A stretch of 63,473 nt of DNA, the filler included, from Lenisia limosa (Eukaryota > Protista > Breviatea), in the NCBI GenBank assembly GCA_001655205.1. It is 17 parts of 17 records of this genome, joined end to end, with 100 filler letters (N's around TTAATTAATTAA, not from the genome) between each part and the next. Parts side by side here need not be neighbours in the genome. Positions count along the whole stretch, not along the records: positions 51,422 to 55,557 come from LPNZ01003090.1; positions 55,658 to 62,057 come from LPNZ01011064.1; positions 62,158 to 63,473 come from LPNZ01003231.1; 14 more parts are not named here. One strand, written 5' to 3'. Shown here one piece after another: positions 51,583-62,294 of the stretch (the stretch's first letter is position 1; each line of letters begins with the position of its first letter). The translations under genes were made by a program, and so were the position numbers. The notes below the pieces were generated by a model, which saw nothing but the letters and a program-made list of their open reading frames with translations, was not told the origin of the DNA and searched no databases.

Positions 51583-54500
51583 GCGATTGTCGAGCACAGA
51601 GAGGACCTTCTCCAGTTCCAAAAGGAGAACTCCACCCTTACTAAGGCCGTGGACAAGATGTATTTTGTGGGTGGATATGAAATAGTAAAGTCCCAATTCC
51701 CTAATGATAGTTAACGCACATGTAAAAAATACCGGAAAAGTGATATGATACTGTGTAGTACACATCAAATAGTATAGATCATATGTATATAATATAATAT
51801 GCTGGGGAGGCACGCAGAAAGCTGTGTGCACAGAGTTGTAAGGCAAAGATTGGGTGAATTAATATTATACTATAATCCAATATCTCTTACAACTTTATTG
51901 TTTATTTTTCATTGCAATATATGAAATGTATATTCACCTTCAAGGTTGCAATGGGCATTTTATCGGCCAATGCAGAAGTGGTGGCAGAGAGAAACCTCTT
52001 GATGTCCTCTTTGGGTGGGGGGTAAACTTATATGGAGGGAACTAAATATCAAATTACAGTGACCTGGATAAGTTTTAAAGATTTGCTATGTTATTTCCCA
52101 AGGAAAATCGATCAAGATTCTTCGGTCACAGTCTATTGGCTAATCTATTCCAGGAACGCATACACTCATCCAAACCAAATAAACATAAGCCCCCCTCCAA
52201 CTAACTAATCCGTTCCAGAAGCTGAGCAGAAACGTAAGGTGTCAGTCCTGCATCATCTCCAGGCTATGAACCTTTCTGCTGCAACGCGCCTCGAGGTTTG
52301 ACTAGGAATTTAATTGGGGAACTGTTTTTATGACAGTCGTTTTTTTATTTAGAATTACATATTTATTGCAGGAAGGCGTGTGGGTATGACTCACTTTAGA
52401 AAAATGTCAAAACTTGTTGTATCTAGCTAGGTCCCTATAAGGCCCCAAAAAAAACTGAAATTCTCGATAAACCCTTGATAAATATTGATATTTTTCCAGT
52501 CTTTTTCGGACTGTAGGGGAAAAGCCCTTGATGTATCTAGTAACTGACCTTACAGGGAGTAAAATGGGCCGTCCTAGAAGGTCTGGTGAAAGACACGGTC
52601 GACTTGGAGGCGTTCAAAGAGCGTTCAGAAAGACTGAGTGAAAACCTTGCTAAAGTGGGTGTTGGTGCAATTTGGGAAGTTGTCATCCCCATCTTCCCGT
52701 CTAACTCCCCCCCCCCCNNNNNNNNNNNNNNNNNNNNNNNNNNNNNNNNNNNNNNNNNNNNNNNNNNNNNNNNNNNNNNNNNNNNNNNNNNNNNNNNNNN
52801 NNNNNNNNNNNNNNNNNNNNNNNNNNNNNNNNNNNNNNNNNNNNNNNNNNNNNNNNNNNNNNNNNNNNNNNNNNNNNNNNNNNNNNNNNNNNNNNNNNNN
52901 NNNTACGAGTTGATTTTGGGCTTTTTTGTTTCACACAAATTGTCCAATTCACCCCCACAGGTTTCCAAGGAATTCGAAGCAGCCAACATCACGCCCGAGG
53001 AGCTCCAGGATAAGCCGGCTGCTGAGACCCAGACCACCAGGCCCGAATTGCTTGGACTGGCCGTGGCTGTGGGGGGTGTGTATGTAGTATCTAGGCTGTG
53101 TGGGTGTGATATAATCCAATATCTCTTTAAAAAGATTTTGTCCAAAATAAAACTTCAAATTATCGCGGTCAGATTCATTATCGCGGTCAGGGGGGATGAC
53201 TTATATATCGATATGTATCTAATGAGAAATAAAAACAAGGTTGTATCTGGCCGAGGCCGTCCACACCATCACGCTTATATATAGCACCTTTTTTTATTTC
53301 TCATCTATTTTTAGACTCAGTCCGCCCTCGAGGAGTTCCAGGGGGTACTAGATGACCAAAAAGTACTTGCCCGAATCCTGCTACTTGCCAGGGATAAAGT
53401 GGGTTGTTTTTGGCTGTCTTTTACGAATTAAAACCATACGCAGTCTCAACATATAGCCCCCTCACCCGGACATTCTAACATGCTACAAATATCAAGATGG
53501 ACACTCAGTCACGTAATATATAAAATAGATGGGACAAATTAACCCTTTCTCCGGGCAAATGGAATGATGTGCACAGAAATTCAGTCCGAAAAAGACTGAA
53601 TTTCTCGATAAATCCTCGCTTGGCATTCTACTATTTAATTTTTTTTTAGCTTGATTTTCTCATCTCTTAACATCGCTACATTTATTAATTTCGTTTTAAG
53701 CTTGATTCAACATTTCTATTTTAAGTTCAGCCGTTGTTGTATTTCGGCAAATAAAGTGGAAATCATTTTCAGCTTGATGAAGAGAGAGCACAAAAGGAGG
53801 CTCTGCAAGCAAACATCAAATCAATGGAGGAGGAACAGAAAGCTCTTGCAGCTAAATATGACGTAGCTGAGGTGGGGTGGATGGGGGATCGTGGTGATGA
53901 TGATGATGTTGTTGATGATGGTGATGATGATGATGATGGCGATGATAATGATGTGATGATGGTGACGATGATAATGATGTGATGATGGTGACGATGATGA
54001 TGATGACGATGATGGTGACGATGATAATGATGTGATGATGGTGACGATGATGATGATGATGACGATGATATGGTGGAGTGGGAGGGGGGCATTTTTATTG
54101 TTTTGTTTTTCATCCGAATAACTGCCCACTTCTTCTCCCCCTCTTAAGTTTGTTCTCAAATGTTTAGCCGACAGAGTTATTTTGGGTTTTTCATAAATTG
54201 TCCCCCCAGCATAAATTCCCCTTTCATCCTTCAGGGAGAGAAGTCAAGAAAGTCCAGAGTTTTTTGTGTTTTTTTCTTTTTTCTTTTTTTTTTTAATTCT
54301 GTTTTAACACCATTCAGGTAGATGTCAAGAAAGTCCTTTTAACCCCCTTTAGGGAGAGGTCAAGAAAGTCCAGGGCAACGAAAGGGAACTCATCACCGCC
54401 AATGCAGACTTGCTCGAATCCCTCAGGACAGCCAGACAGGTAAGAGAGGGGGTAAAAACAGATAATAACAGTTAACTCGAATCCCTCATGACGTCAAAAC

Positions 54501-55412
54501 AAGTAGGGGTTATCATTGCTATCATCTTTGAAATTCTGATTAGTCAGGTGTCCTCGTCGGAGTCTTCTGAGCAGGTTACCGACTTGGTTGGTTTAAGGTT
54601 CAAAATGGTCACTTTTTGGGTATATGACGACACCTGGCTGATTTAAGGTTGATATCTCACTTTTTGGGGTCTTCAGCGTCTTGTTTTTTTATTATCATTA
54701 TTATTATTAATTATTATTATGATGGAAATATAATGATCTACAGTATATATATATGATATATATATTTTTTATTATTTTTTGGGTGGGGGGTTTACAAGCG
54801 TGATGATATTAAACCTTCTAATATTTCTCCAGTTGAAAACCCGGCTTGAACAGCTGGAGGCGGAGAGGGACGAATCGCGCTCAGAAGCCACAACACTCAC
54901 AAGACTGTATGGACGGTTTTTCAATATTTATACAAGGGTTCCCTACGGTCCCAGAAAGACCGTTTAAATATCGACATTTATCGAGGATTTATCGAGGATT
55001 TATCGAGATACTGGTTTGTTTGGGGGCGTATCGAAGCCCTATTTATATCCACCAGCGATGGGATGTGATGCTGCAGAAGCGAATTTCACTCCCACTCCAA
55101 GCATATTTCATCAATATAGGGTCTACGACCTGCAAACGAAGGTGAACCTCTTGGAGCGCGAAAGAGACGAGGCTGAGAAGGCGGCTGTCGATATTCAGAA
55201 CCTGGCTGCAGTGGGGGGAGTGTACTGTTGTTTTGTGTGTGTCAACAGAGATATGATGATCAATGTGTTGATTCATTGAATATTTGAAACTCCGTTAATT
55301 AATTTTCTTCAGATTGGCAACAGAGATATGATGATGGAGTGTCTTGAAAGTGTTTCTGGACCTCTTTTCGACAGCATCGCAAGAACTGCTCAGAGAATGG
55401 ATGATTTGGAAG
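51583..55412 (+). CDS. Long coiled-coil protein fragment
   Basis: About 11 in-phase exons with heptad character, e.g. LDEERAQKEALQANIKSMEEEQKALAAKYDVAE and LKTRLEQLEAERDESRSEATTLTR. Confidence 0.75.
53885..54070. repeat. (GAT)n-rich compound repeat in an intron
   Basis: GATGAT runs with a repeated GATAATGATGTGATGATGGTGAC unit. Confidence 0.9.
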
Positions 55413-55851
55413 GTATGCTGGGGAGGCACACAGAAAGCTGTGTGCACAGAGTTGTTTGGCAAATGTTTGTTTTTTTTAATATTGGCTATGTTACTTCTGT
55501 TGTTCTCAACCCTCGTGTGTGGCTTGGTTGATTCTGGGCTGCAGAAGCAACTGGCCTNNNNNNNNNNNNNNNNNNNNNNNNNNNNNNNNNNNNNNNNNNN
55601 NTTAATTAATTAANNNNNNNNNNNNNNNNNNNNNNNNNNNNNNNNNNNNNNNNNNNNCAGTGTGGGGCGGGGTATGTGTACATATAGAATTACATGTAAT
55701 ATATATACATTTTATATAATATACAGTATATAATATACTACATATATGTCAATATTTTTGTGATAAACTCAATTTCAAACACTTTAATATCAAATTTCGT
55801 AATCAATTTCTTCAAATAATCAATTCCACAGTCCTAAGTTTCACTCGTAGA

Positions 55852-56151
55852 TGGCATGATTGGGCCCAAGGGCGCATGCAGCCGATATTCGATACTGAAC
55901 CGCCTGGCAGAGGGACCTGGATTCGTATTGGAGGTTGGGGCGGAGCATTGCCTTCTTAGGCGTTTTTGTTTTGNNNNNNNNNNNNNNNNNNNNNNNNNNN
56001 NNNNNNNNNNNNNNNNNNNNNNNNNNNNNNNNNNNNNNNNNNNNNNNNNNNNNNNNNNNNNNNNNNNNNNNNNNNNNNNNNNNNNNNNNNNNNNNNNNNN
56101 NNNNNNNNNNNNNNTTTAGAAGCGCCTAAAGAAGACACTGAGGAACTCTAA
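55852..56151 (+). CDS. 3' end of hypothetical protein
   Basis: AG-bounded exon at about 55852-55933 plus a terminal exon after the gap. Reading frame is ambiguous. Confidence 0.3.
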
Positions 56152-56899
56152 TCAACGCATTGAAGACTCTTCCTTTTTCTGAGCAGAACCGTATCAGCTA
56201 TTTCGTCTACTCGTTCGATGTGCACAACATATAATATTCAACTGTTCACACATTTAACGGGGCTCTGTGAGCTTGAGGGCTGAGGAGGGGAAACGACTGG
56301 ATTGAATAAGTCCCATGGAATTTGATGGGAATCTTGACATTGACCCATTAATAATCCCAAGTTAATGCGCCGGTGTGATAGCATTTAGAAGAAACAGCCC
56401 TGGTGGATGACTTTTTGGAAGCGGCTTTATCTAAAGGTTTATATTCATAACTCTAGATCGCATCGAGGGTCTTTTATGAAGTAGTCTTTTCCCAACGATC
56501 TGTTAAAAGATCTGACGAAATTCATGTTAGATTTCTGAATACTTCTGCATAAGGGAATCTCAAGTCGTAATGATGGCCTTGCTCTTGCCTGCCTAATTGA
56601 GCTAAAAAATGTGCACCTTTCAATATATAACGTTTCTCTGCATTAACTGTCCTATTATTAGATTATTTTAAATAAAACACAATAATATTCCTCTGAGTTT
56701 CAGGAAGAGTCAGCAATTAGGCATCCCCGCCTTGTATAAGGGACTTGACAAAATAAGAGCCCATAAACCAATCAATGGAATACATAATAAAAGGTTACCA
56801 TAAAAAGGGGAAGAAACAGAAAGAAAAATAGGAGTTCCCCATAAGCAAAACTAACAATACCATTATATAACGTCCTTATGTGTCCCACAAAATTCGCAA

Positions 56900-59800
56900 C
56901 TAAAAGGCAGAAGCGGCCTTGAGCACTGCGAAAACAGGCCCAAAAACCTCTGACGGGACAGTTTGGTCAACTTTGAAGACGCTGAGGGCTAATCTGGGGG
57001 GGGGGGGAGNNNNNNNNNNNNNNNNNNNNNNNNNNNNNNNNNNNNNNNNNNNNNNNNNNNNNNNNNNNNNNNNNNNNNNNNNNNNNNNNNNNNNNNNNNN
57101 NNNNNNNNNNNNNNNNNNNNNNNNNNNNNNNNNNNNNNNNNNNNNNNNGCAAGGGAGAGAGGTAGAGCGAGAGAGAGAGTAGGTGAAAATGAAACATTTC
57201 TAAAAAAAAACAAAAAAAAACAAGCTGGGGATTAGATAGGAGTAAAACGATGTGATTGAGGGGGGGGGGGAGGTGATCATCTCACTGAGCTGTGTTATAT
57301 TCTTGATCAGATTGCAAGAAAAGATGCGCGGTTTTTCAGCTTCGCACAGTTACATATGAATTAATACCCTCTCTCATACCCAGAATAATATAAGATGTGC
57401 GCACAACACCAAAAATTCAATATCCCTGAAGCGACGGTTTTGACACTTTGACGGCGATGTGTATTTTTGGTGTTGTGAGTGCGCCCACCCTTAACCCCTA
57501 ACAAAAAAGACAAAGCCCCACTCCTCTAACTCGAAAAGCGTCACCGCGCGATGATGAAGTACCAGCAAAGCTTCCAACTGAGTCATTAGGATTTCTGTCA
57601 TGATTGAGATGATTCTTTTGAGTGTCGAAAACGTTTATTAATATGACTATGTGCATTTAAATTTTTAAGAAATTAACTGCACTTGGTATTCCTTTTGAAC
57701 CAATGTCTTTTTTTTGCTGCTTAATAATACATAAATATAGCCCACTTCATCGTTTCAATTAAGCCTACATAACATAATTCTTTCAAAAACGGCTTTGATT
57801 AGGGTTTCACTTCGGTTCGGAAAAAGACCAAATTTCTCACATTCTCGAACACTATCGATATTTTAAAGGTCCTTTCAGAACCGAACTGAACAACAAAATA
57901 TCGTCTCATAATATGATAATCCTTCTAAACCGCTTCATATCTACTATAGAGCCACCCTCACCATTTCGTTTGAGTGAGTGGTGAAATCATTTAGAACTGA
58001 CGGGAACTGAAAAGTCAGCAATCAAAACAAGAATATGGCTGAAAGCAAAAAAAAAGCTAATGGGGGGAGCGATGCAAAAAAAAAAAANNNNNNNNNNNNN
58101 NNNNNNNNNNNNNNNNNNNNNNNNNNNNNNNNNNNNNNNNNNNNNNNNNNNNNNNNNNNNNNNCACTAAAAATCCTGGAATATAAACAAATACAAGACAT
58201 AAAATAAAATGAAGTCAAAAATAACATCCTTTCTGGACCCTCACCCCACTTATAGTTCTTTCACTCCAACACACACAAAAAAAAAAGAACAAAAAATGTT
58301 ATCCCAAACCTACCCTATCATGCTCCATCAACGAGGCTGGTACCACGGCCTGAATGTCAGATTAATGTATGATTTGTTCATGTAGCAGTAATGACGTATT
58401 TAGCAATGTAGTTGGGTGTATTATATAAGTCCAAAAACAAAGAAATGCTCAATTTGGTTTTGCAATAAGAAATAATACCATTAAAAACCTTGAAAACAAA
58501 TAAATGCATTGGGTCAACATTCGACTCACCCCCCTCCTTTCACACTGCTTTATTATAAATTTACACGAAAATACTCTCTCCTTCAAAAATAAAGAAACAA
58601 CAATTTATTTTTTTAAAAAAACAACATAAAACAATAATAGTACCCAACCCTCTCTCACCAGCTTCTGCACCAGTTCCTGCAGGGTTGCTAGATCCGACTG
58701 TATCTCGTTGGGTGCCTGGGCGAGACATTCAGATATGATACGCACCTGGGGAGGGGGGGAGTAAAACGAAGGAAATTTTGATGAAGAAAATTGGCGTTAA
58801 GGTACTAATCACAATGGTGGAAGGGCGGGGAAAATGGGAAAGGGGGGAGAGAGGAGAAGAAGCGGGGAAGAGCGGGGGATACAGGTGGTGCCTGGTGCTT
58901 TCAGTACTCAGTTGTTTTACGTTTTAATCCATTCCTACTAATACAACTACACAACTACTTCTTCTTCTTTTTTGGCTTTGGGCCCTATCTAAATAAAGTT
59001 CAGATTGGCTATAAAAGGGGAAACCAATCAAAGGTTCCCTCCCTTCTAATACCACTTATCACACACCTGGATTTCGACAAGCTCATTTTAATAAATAGCC
59101 AAATTCTACGAGGTGCAACTTTATTAAAGAGACTCCTTTAGGTAACCTACCGAAATGCTTCCTCAGGTAAAAGATATATACACCCCATTAGTGAGAAGGT
59201 CTTTGAGGAAGAAGCTGAAGAACGGAAGGTCTTCGAGGAAGAAGCTAAAGAACGGGAAGGTCTTCGAGGAAGAAGCTAAAGAACGGGAAGGTCTTCGAGG
59301 AAGAAGCTGCCTATTGGAGAGTGACCCACCACACACCACAGTTGCCTTGGAATCAATAAAAAGGTAAGAGTGACAAACAACTTGTGCATGGAATTGAGCT
59401 TCTTCACATCCAGGGATCTGAAATGATGTGGAATACACCACCAATTGTTTTGTTAGACAGTATAATAGGCCTAAGCCTATGTAATTGTTGTGGATACTCC
59501 CTCCCTAGTTCACTGGCTCCCATAACACCTAAAAAACAGGGATTATTTTCTAACGTAGGCAGTGAAAACCCTTCATTTGCTTTTCTGTGTTTTTTTCTAT
59601 TCTATGCTCCTCTGTTCCTGTTTCTGAAAATCTCTTCAGTATATGTTTCTTTCTGAGTTCCCTTCAGTTTTTGCAATTCCCTTCTCTTTCTGAGTTTTCA
59701 CTCTAAAGAGAGTTTGTTGGCCGAAGACTCATAGCAGTTGGGAGAGGGAGGTAGTGGCTTGAAAAAAGGAAAAGAAAAAGAAAAAGAAAAACTCAACTTT

Positions 59801-61650
59801 GTAAAATAACAGTTAAAATAATAATAATAATAAATAAAAATAAGTAATAATCACAATAATAAATATCATGAAAAAACTATTCCTTTGAAATCGAAGGGGA
59901 GAAAGCCATTAATGGGAAGTTAGGTGGGAGAGGGGGGGGGTGAAAAAATTATCCAAAATCGTTAGGTTAACAATACCGAGCTCATTCCCAAGTAAAGAAA
60001 AGACACACAAACAAAGACAAAAAACAAGCTACAATCCCCTGCCATCCCGACATCCAACATCAGTACTACCAAAAGCCTGCTGCGGCTTGCCCCCAACCTC
60101 ATCCTCAAGCTTGCCGAGAAAACTATCATCAAAATCAGCAATTTTGGCAGAAATCCAGTTCAAAAGCGGCAAGCCATCGTGACTCTGATTGTTATGTAGA
60201 AATGAGAAAGAAAACACGGGAGGGCGGGGGGGGGGGNNNNNNNNNNNNNNNNNNNNNNNNNNNNNNNNNNNNNNNNNNNNNNNNNNNNNNNNNNNNNNNN
60301 NNNNNNNNNNNNNNNNNNNNNNNNNNNNNNNNNNNNNNNNNNNNNNNNNNNACAAGAGGACAAAATTATTGTAGCATATTGTTAGGGCAATAGAAGAAGA
60401 TATCAATTACCAAGATTCGGTTCTAATAAAGACTGAAGTCTTGAAAACAGAATGTGAAACTATAAGGGTCCGTCCATTCGGGCACATAAATGTTACGCAA
60501 ATTCTAGAACTCCGTGCAATTAATTGAAATTTCCCAATTTGAAGTGCGACATATTATAACGAGAATCCTATTCCAAAACTTTAATTCTGATTTCAATGAA
60601 TATTCCCAAAAAATTCATTGCACTGAGCCATCGTAAATTCTTGTATCCGAACGGCATCTTATATCAAGAAAGAACCGATTGAAAGTGCCTACCGTGTACG
60701 ACGCTATCGTATTGAGAGAGTCGAAAGAAACTCCTCGTGCTCCTGACCATTTTGTTCCTAAAACGTTAAAAAGAGCACGATCAACAGCCTATGCAAATAT
60801 TCAACGTAACACCCTTCTCAATGTTCAATGTCAATGTTTCAAGATCTAGTATTATGGGACTATCTTCTGTCAACTTCGAAACAGAATACTACTTTTGTTT
60901 TCTTCCCTTTTTCTTGAAATCACAGAGATGTGCGGGCGCGGAAGTTATGTAATTTGTTTATGGTACCCCTATGATTTGTTTCACTAGATTTCAAATGTAA
61001 ATGATTTTTCTTGCTAACCCCCCCCCCCCATNNNNNNNNNNNNNNNNNNNNNNNNNNNNNNNNNNNNNNNNNNNNNNNNNNNNNNNNNNNNNNNATTAAA
61101 AACGATAAAAACAACCGACCGATATTCAACAAGTTTCCTGCTTGGAGGGCAGCAGAAAGCAGGAGATGGAAAGCCCTGCCTGAGTGCACAGTTTCTGAAA
61201 GCAAATTAAGAGGGATTGTTATACGGACTGAAAAAGAGCATCAAATTATCAATACTTAACGACGACTTATCAAGAAATTAAGCAGTCTAATCTGCTTCTG
61301 GTAGGAAATACTTGAGAAAAATGTTAAATAATTTAATCGCGCCCTACCAGCTGGGTGTGAAAATGATTCGTAAAATATCGACAGTTTTGGAGGATTTATC
61401 GAGAAATTCAGTTTTTCGAACCCAAGCCCTCACCGACCTGCCGCAAGCTGTAGAGAGGACAGGCGACTGGAGATATCTAAAGAAGGGGGGTAATTACAAT
61501 TTATAATATAGAGTACAATCACAGAAAGAAGAGACGATTCTTTCAAAATGTCAGCACTATATGATCATTTTTGATGATACTTATTTTCAAAAGCGGGAAT
61601 ATTGCGTATATGCCTGGACGGGTAAACCCGATAAAACCCGATAATTTTTT
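56900..61650 (-). CDS. Formin (FH2 domain), C-terminal part
   Basis: RLSSLQLAA|ETVHSGRAFHLLLSAALQAGNLLNI|GTKWSGARGVSFDSLNTIASYT|SHDGLPLLNWISAKIA is a divergent FH2 GNxMN/GF.L.SL/TLL core. Later helical exons end near 56900. Confidence 0.8.
59195..59309. repeat. 30/31-bp tandem repeat, about 3.7 copies
   Basis: Unit GAAGGTCTTCGAGGAAGAAGCTAAAGAACG(G) starting at 59195, 59225, 59256, 59287. Confidence 0.9.
60505..60632. mobile_element. MITE family G (hAT-like, TIR TAGGGCTCCGTGCAATTAATT)
   Basis: Degenerate TIRs; flanks GCAAATTC / GTAAATTC (7/8 match). Other copies at 3843-3957 and 41975-42108; partial ends near 14710, 32785, 37119, 55765. Confidence 0.75.
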
Positions 61651-62294
61651 TTGTTCTTTTGGTTTGAAGATTATACCTGGAACATTTATTAAAACCGATG
61701 GCTGAGATTAAAGATCATCAAAAAACAAATACTTTCAGACACAATAATATATTTGAGTCCAATAATACTCAGAGAAATTCAATAAAATGTCAAGTGGAAA
61801 AAAATATTTTTTGGAAAAATACAAATGCAATTAAGTTTAAATGTAGTTCCTTAGGGGAACTCTTGGTTTCTAAAGAGGCAGATAAAGAAGGTGATGGAAG
61901 GGGTGTGTGAAAGACAAAAAACAAAAAAAAAGTTTGGAGATCAGTAAAAAAAAATTTGTGCCCCCAAAAAATATGAAATTTTTAATGTCCTATTTTGTTT
62001 CTTATCCAAGCTCTCTTGAGTACTCTGAAGAAGAAGTTTATACATAGTTAAGAACATNNNNNNNNNNNNNNNNNNNNNNNNNNNNNNNNNNNNNNNNNNN
62101 NTTAATTAATTAANNNNNNNNNNNNNNNNNNNNNNNNNNNNNNNNNNNNNNNNNNNNCACCATCACGCTTATAAGAGATACTGGATTATAGTATAATAGT
62201 AATCCGCCCAATCATTTACCGAACAAATCCGTCCACACAGCTTTCTGCGTACCTCCCCAACATGCATAGTCAGACATCGCAATGAATCCCCCCA

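Larger units (their letters stand above)
2992..62157. other. 16 artificial contig-join spacers (44 N + TTAATTAATTAA + 44 N)
   Basis: 12-mer starts at 3036, 4182, 7231, 10938, 12046, 18580, 21086, 24792, 31063, 39401, 40907, 42736, 45395, 51366, 55602, 62102. Every spacer is exactly 100 bp and has stops in all six frames. Genes are truncated at them. Confidence 0.97.

Noticed and set aside
53769-54159. His-rich and Ile-rich ORFs on the minus strand
   Set aside because: They are translations of an intronic (GAT)n repeat of the plus-strand coiled-coil gene.
3036-62113. Regularly recurring TTAATTAATTAA as a CRISPR-like repeat or biological motif
   Set aside because: It is always centred in exactly 44+44 Ns and has six-frame stops, so it is an assembly linker.
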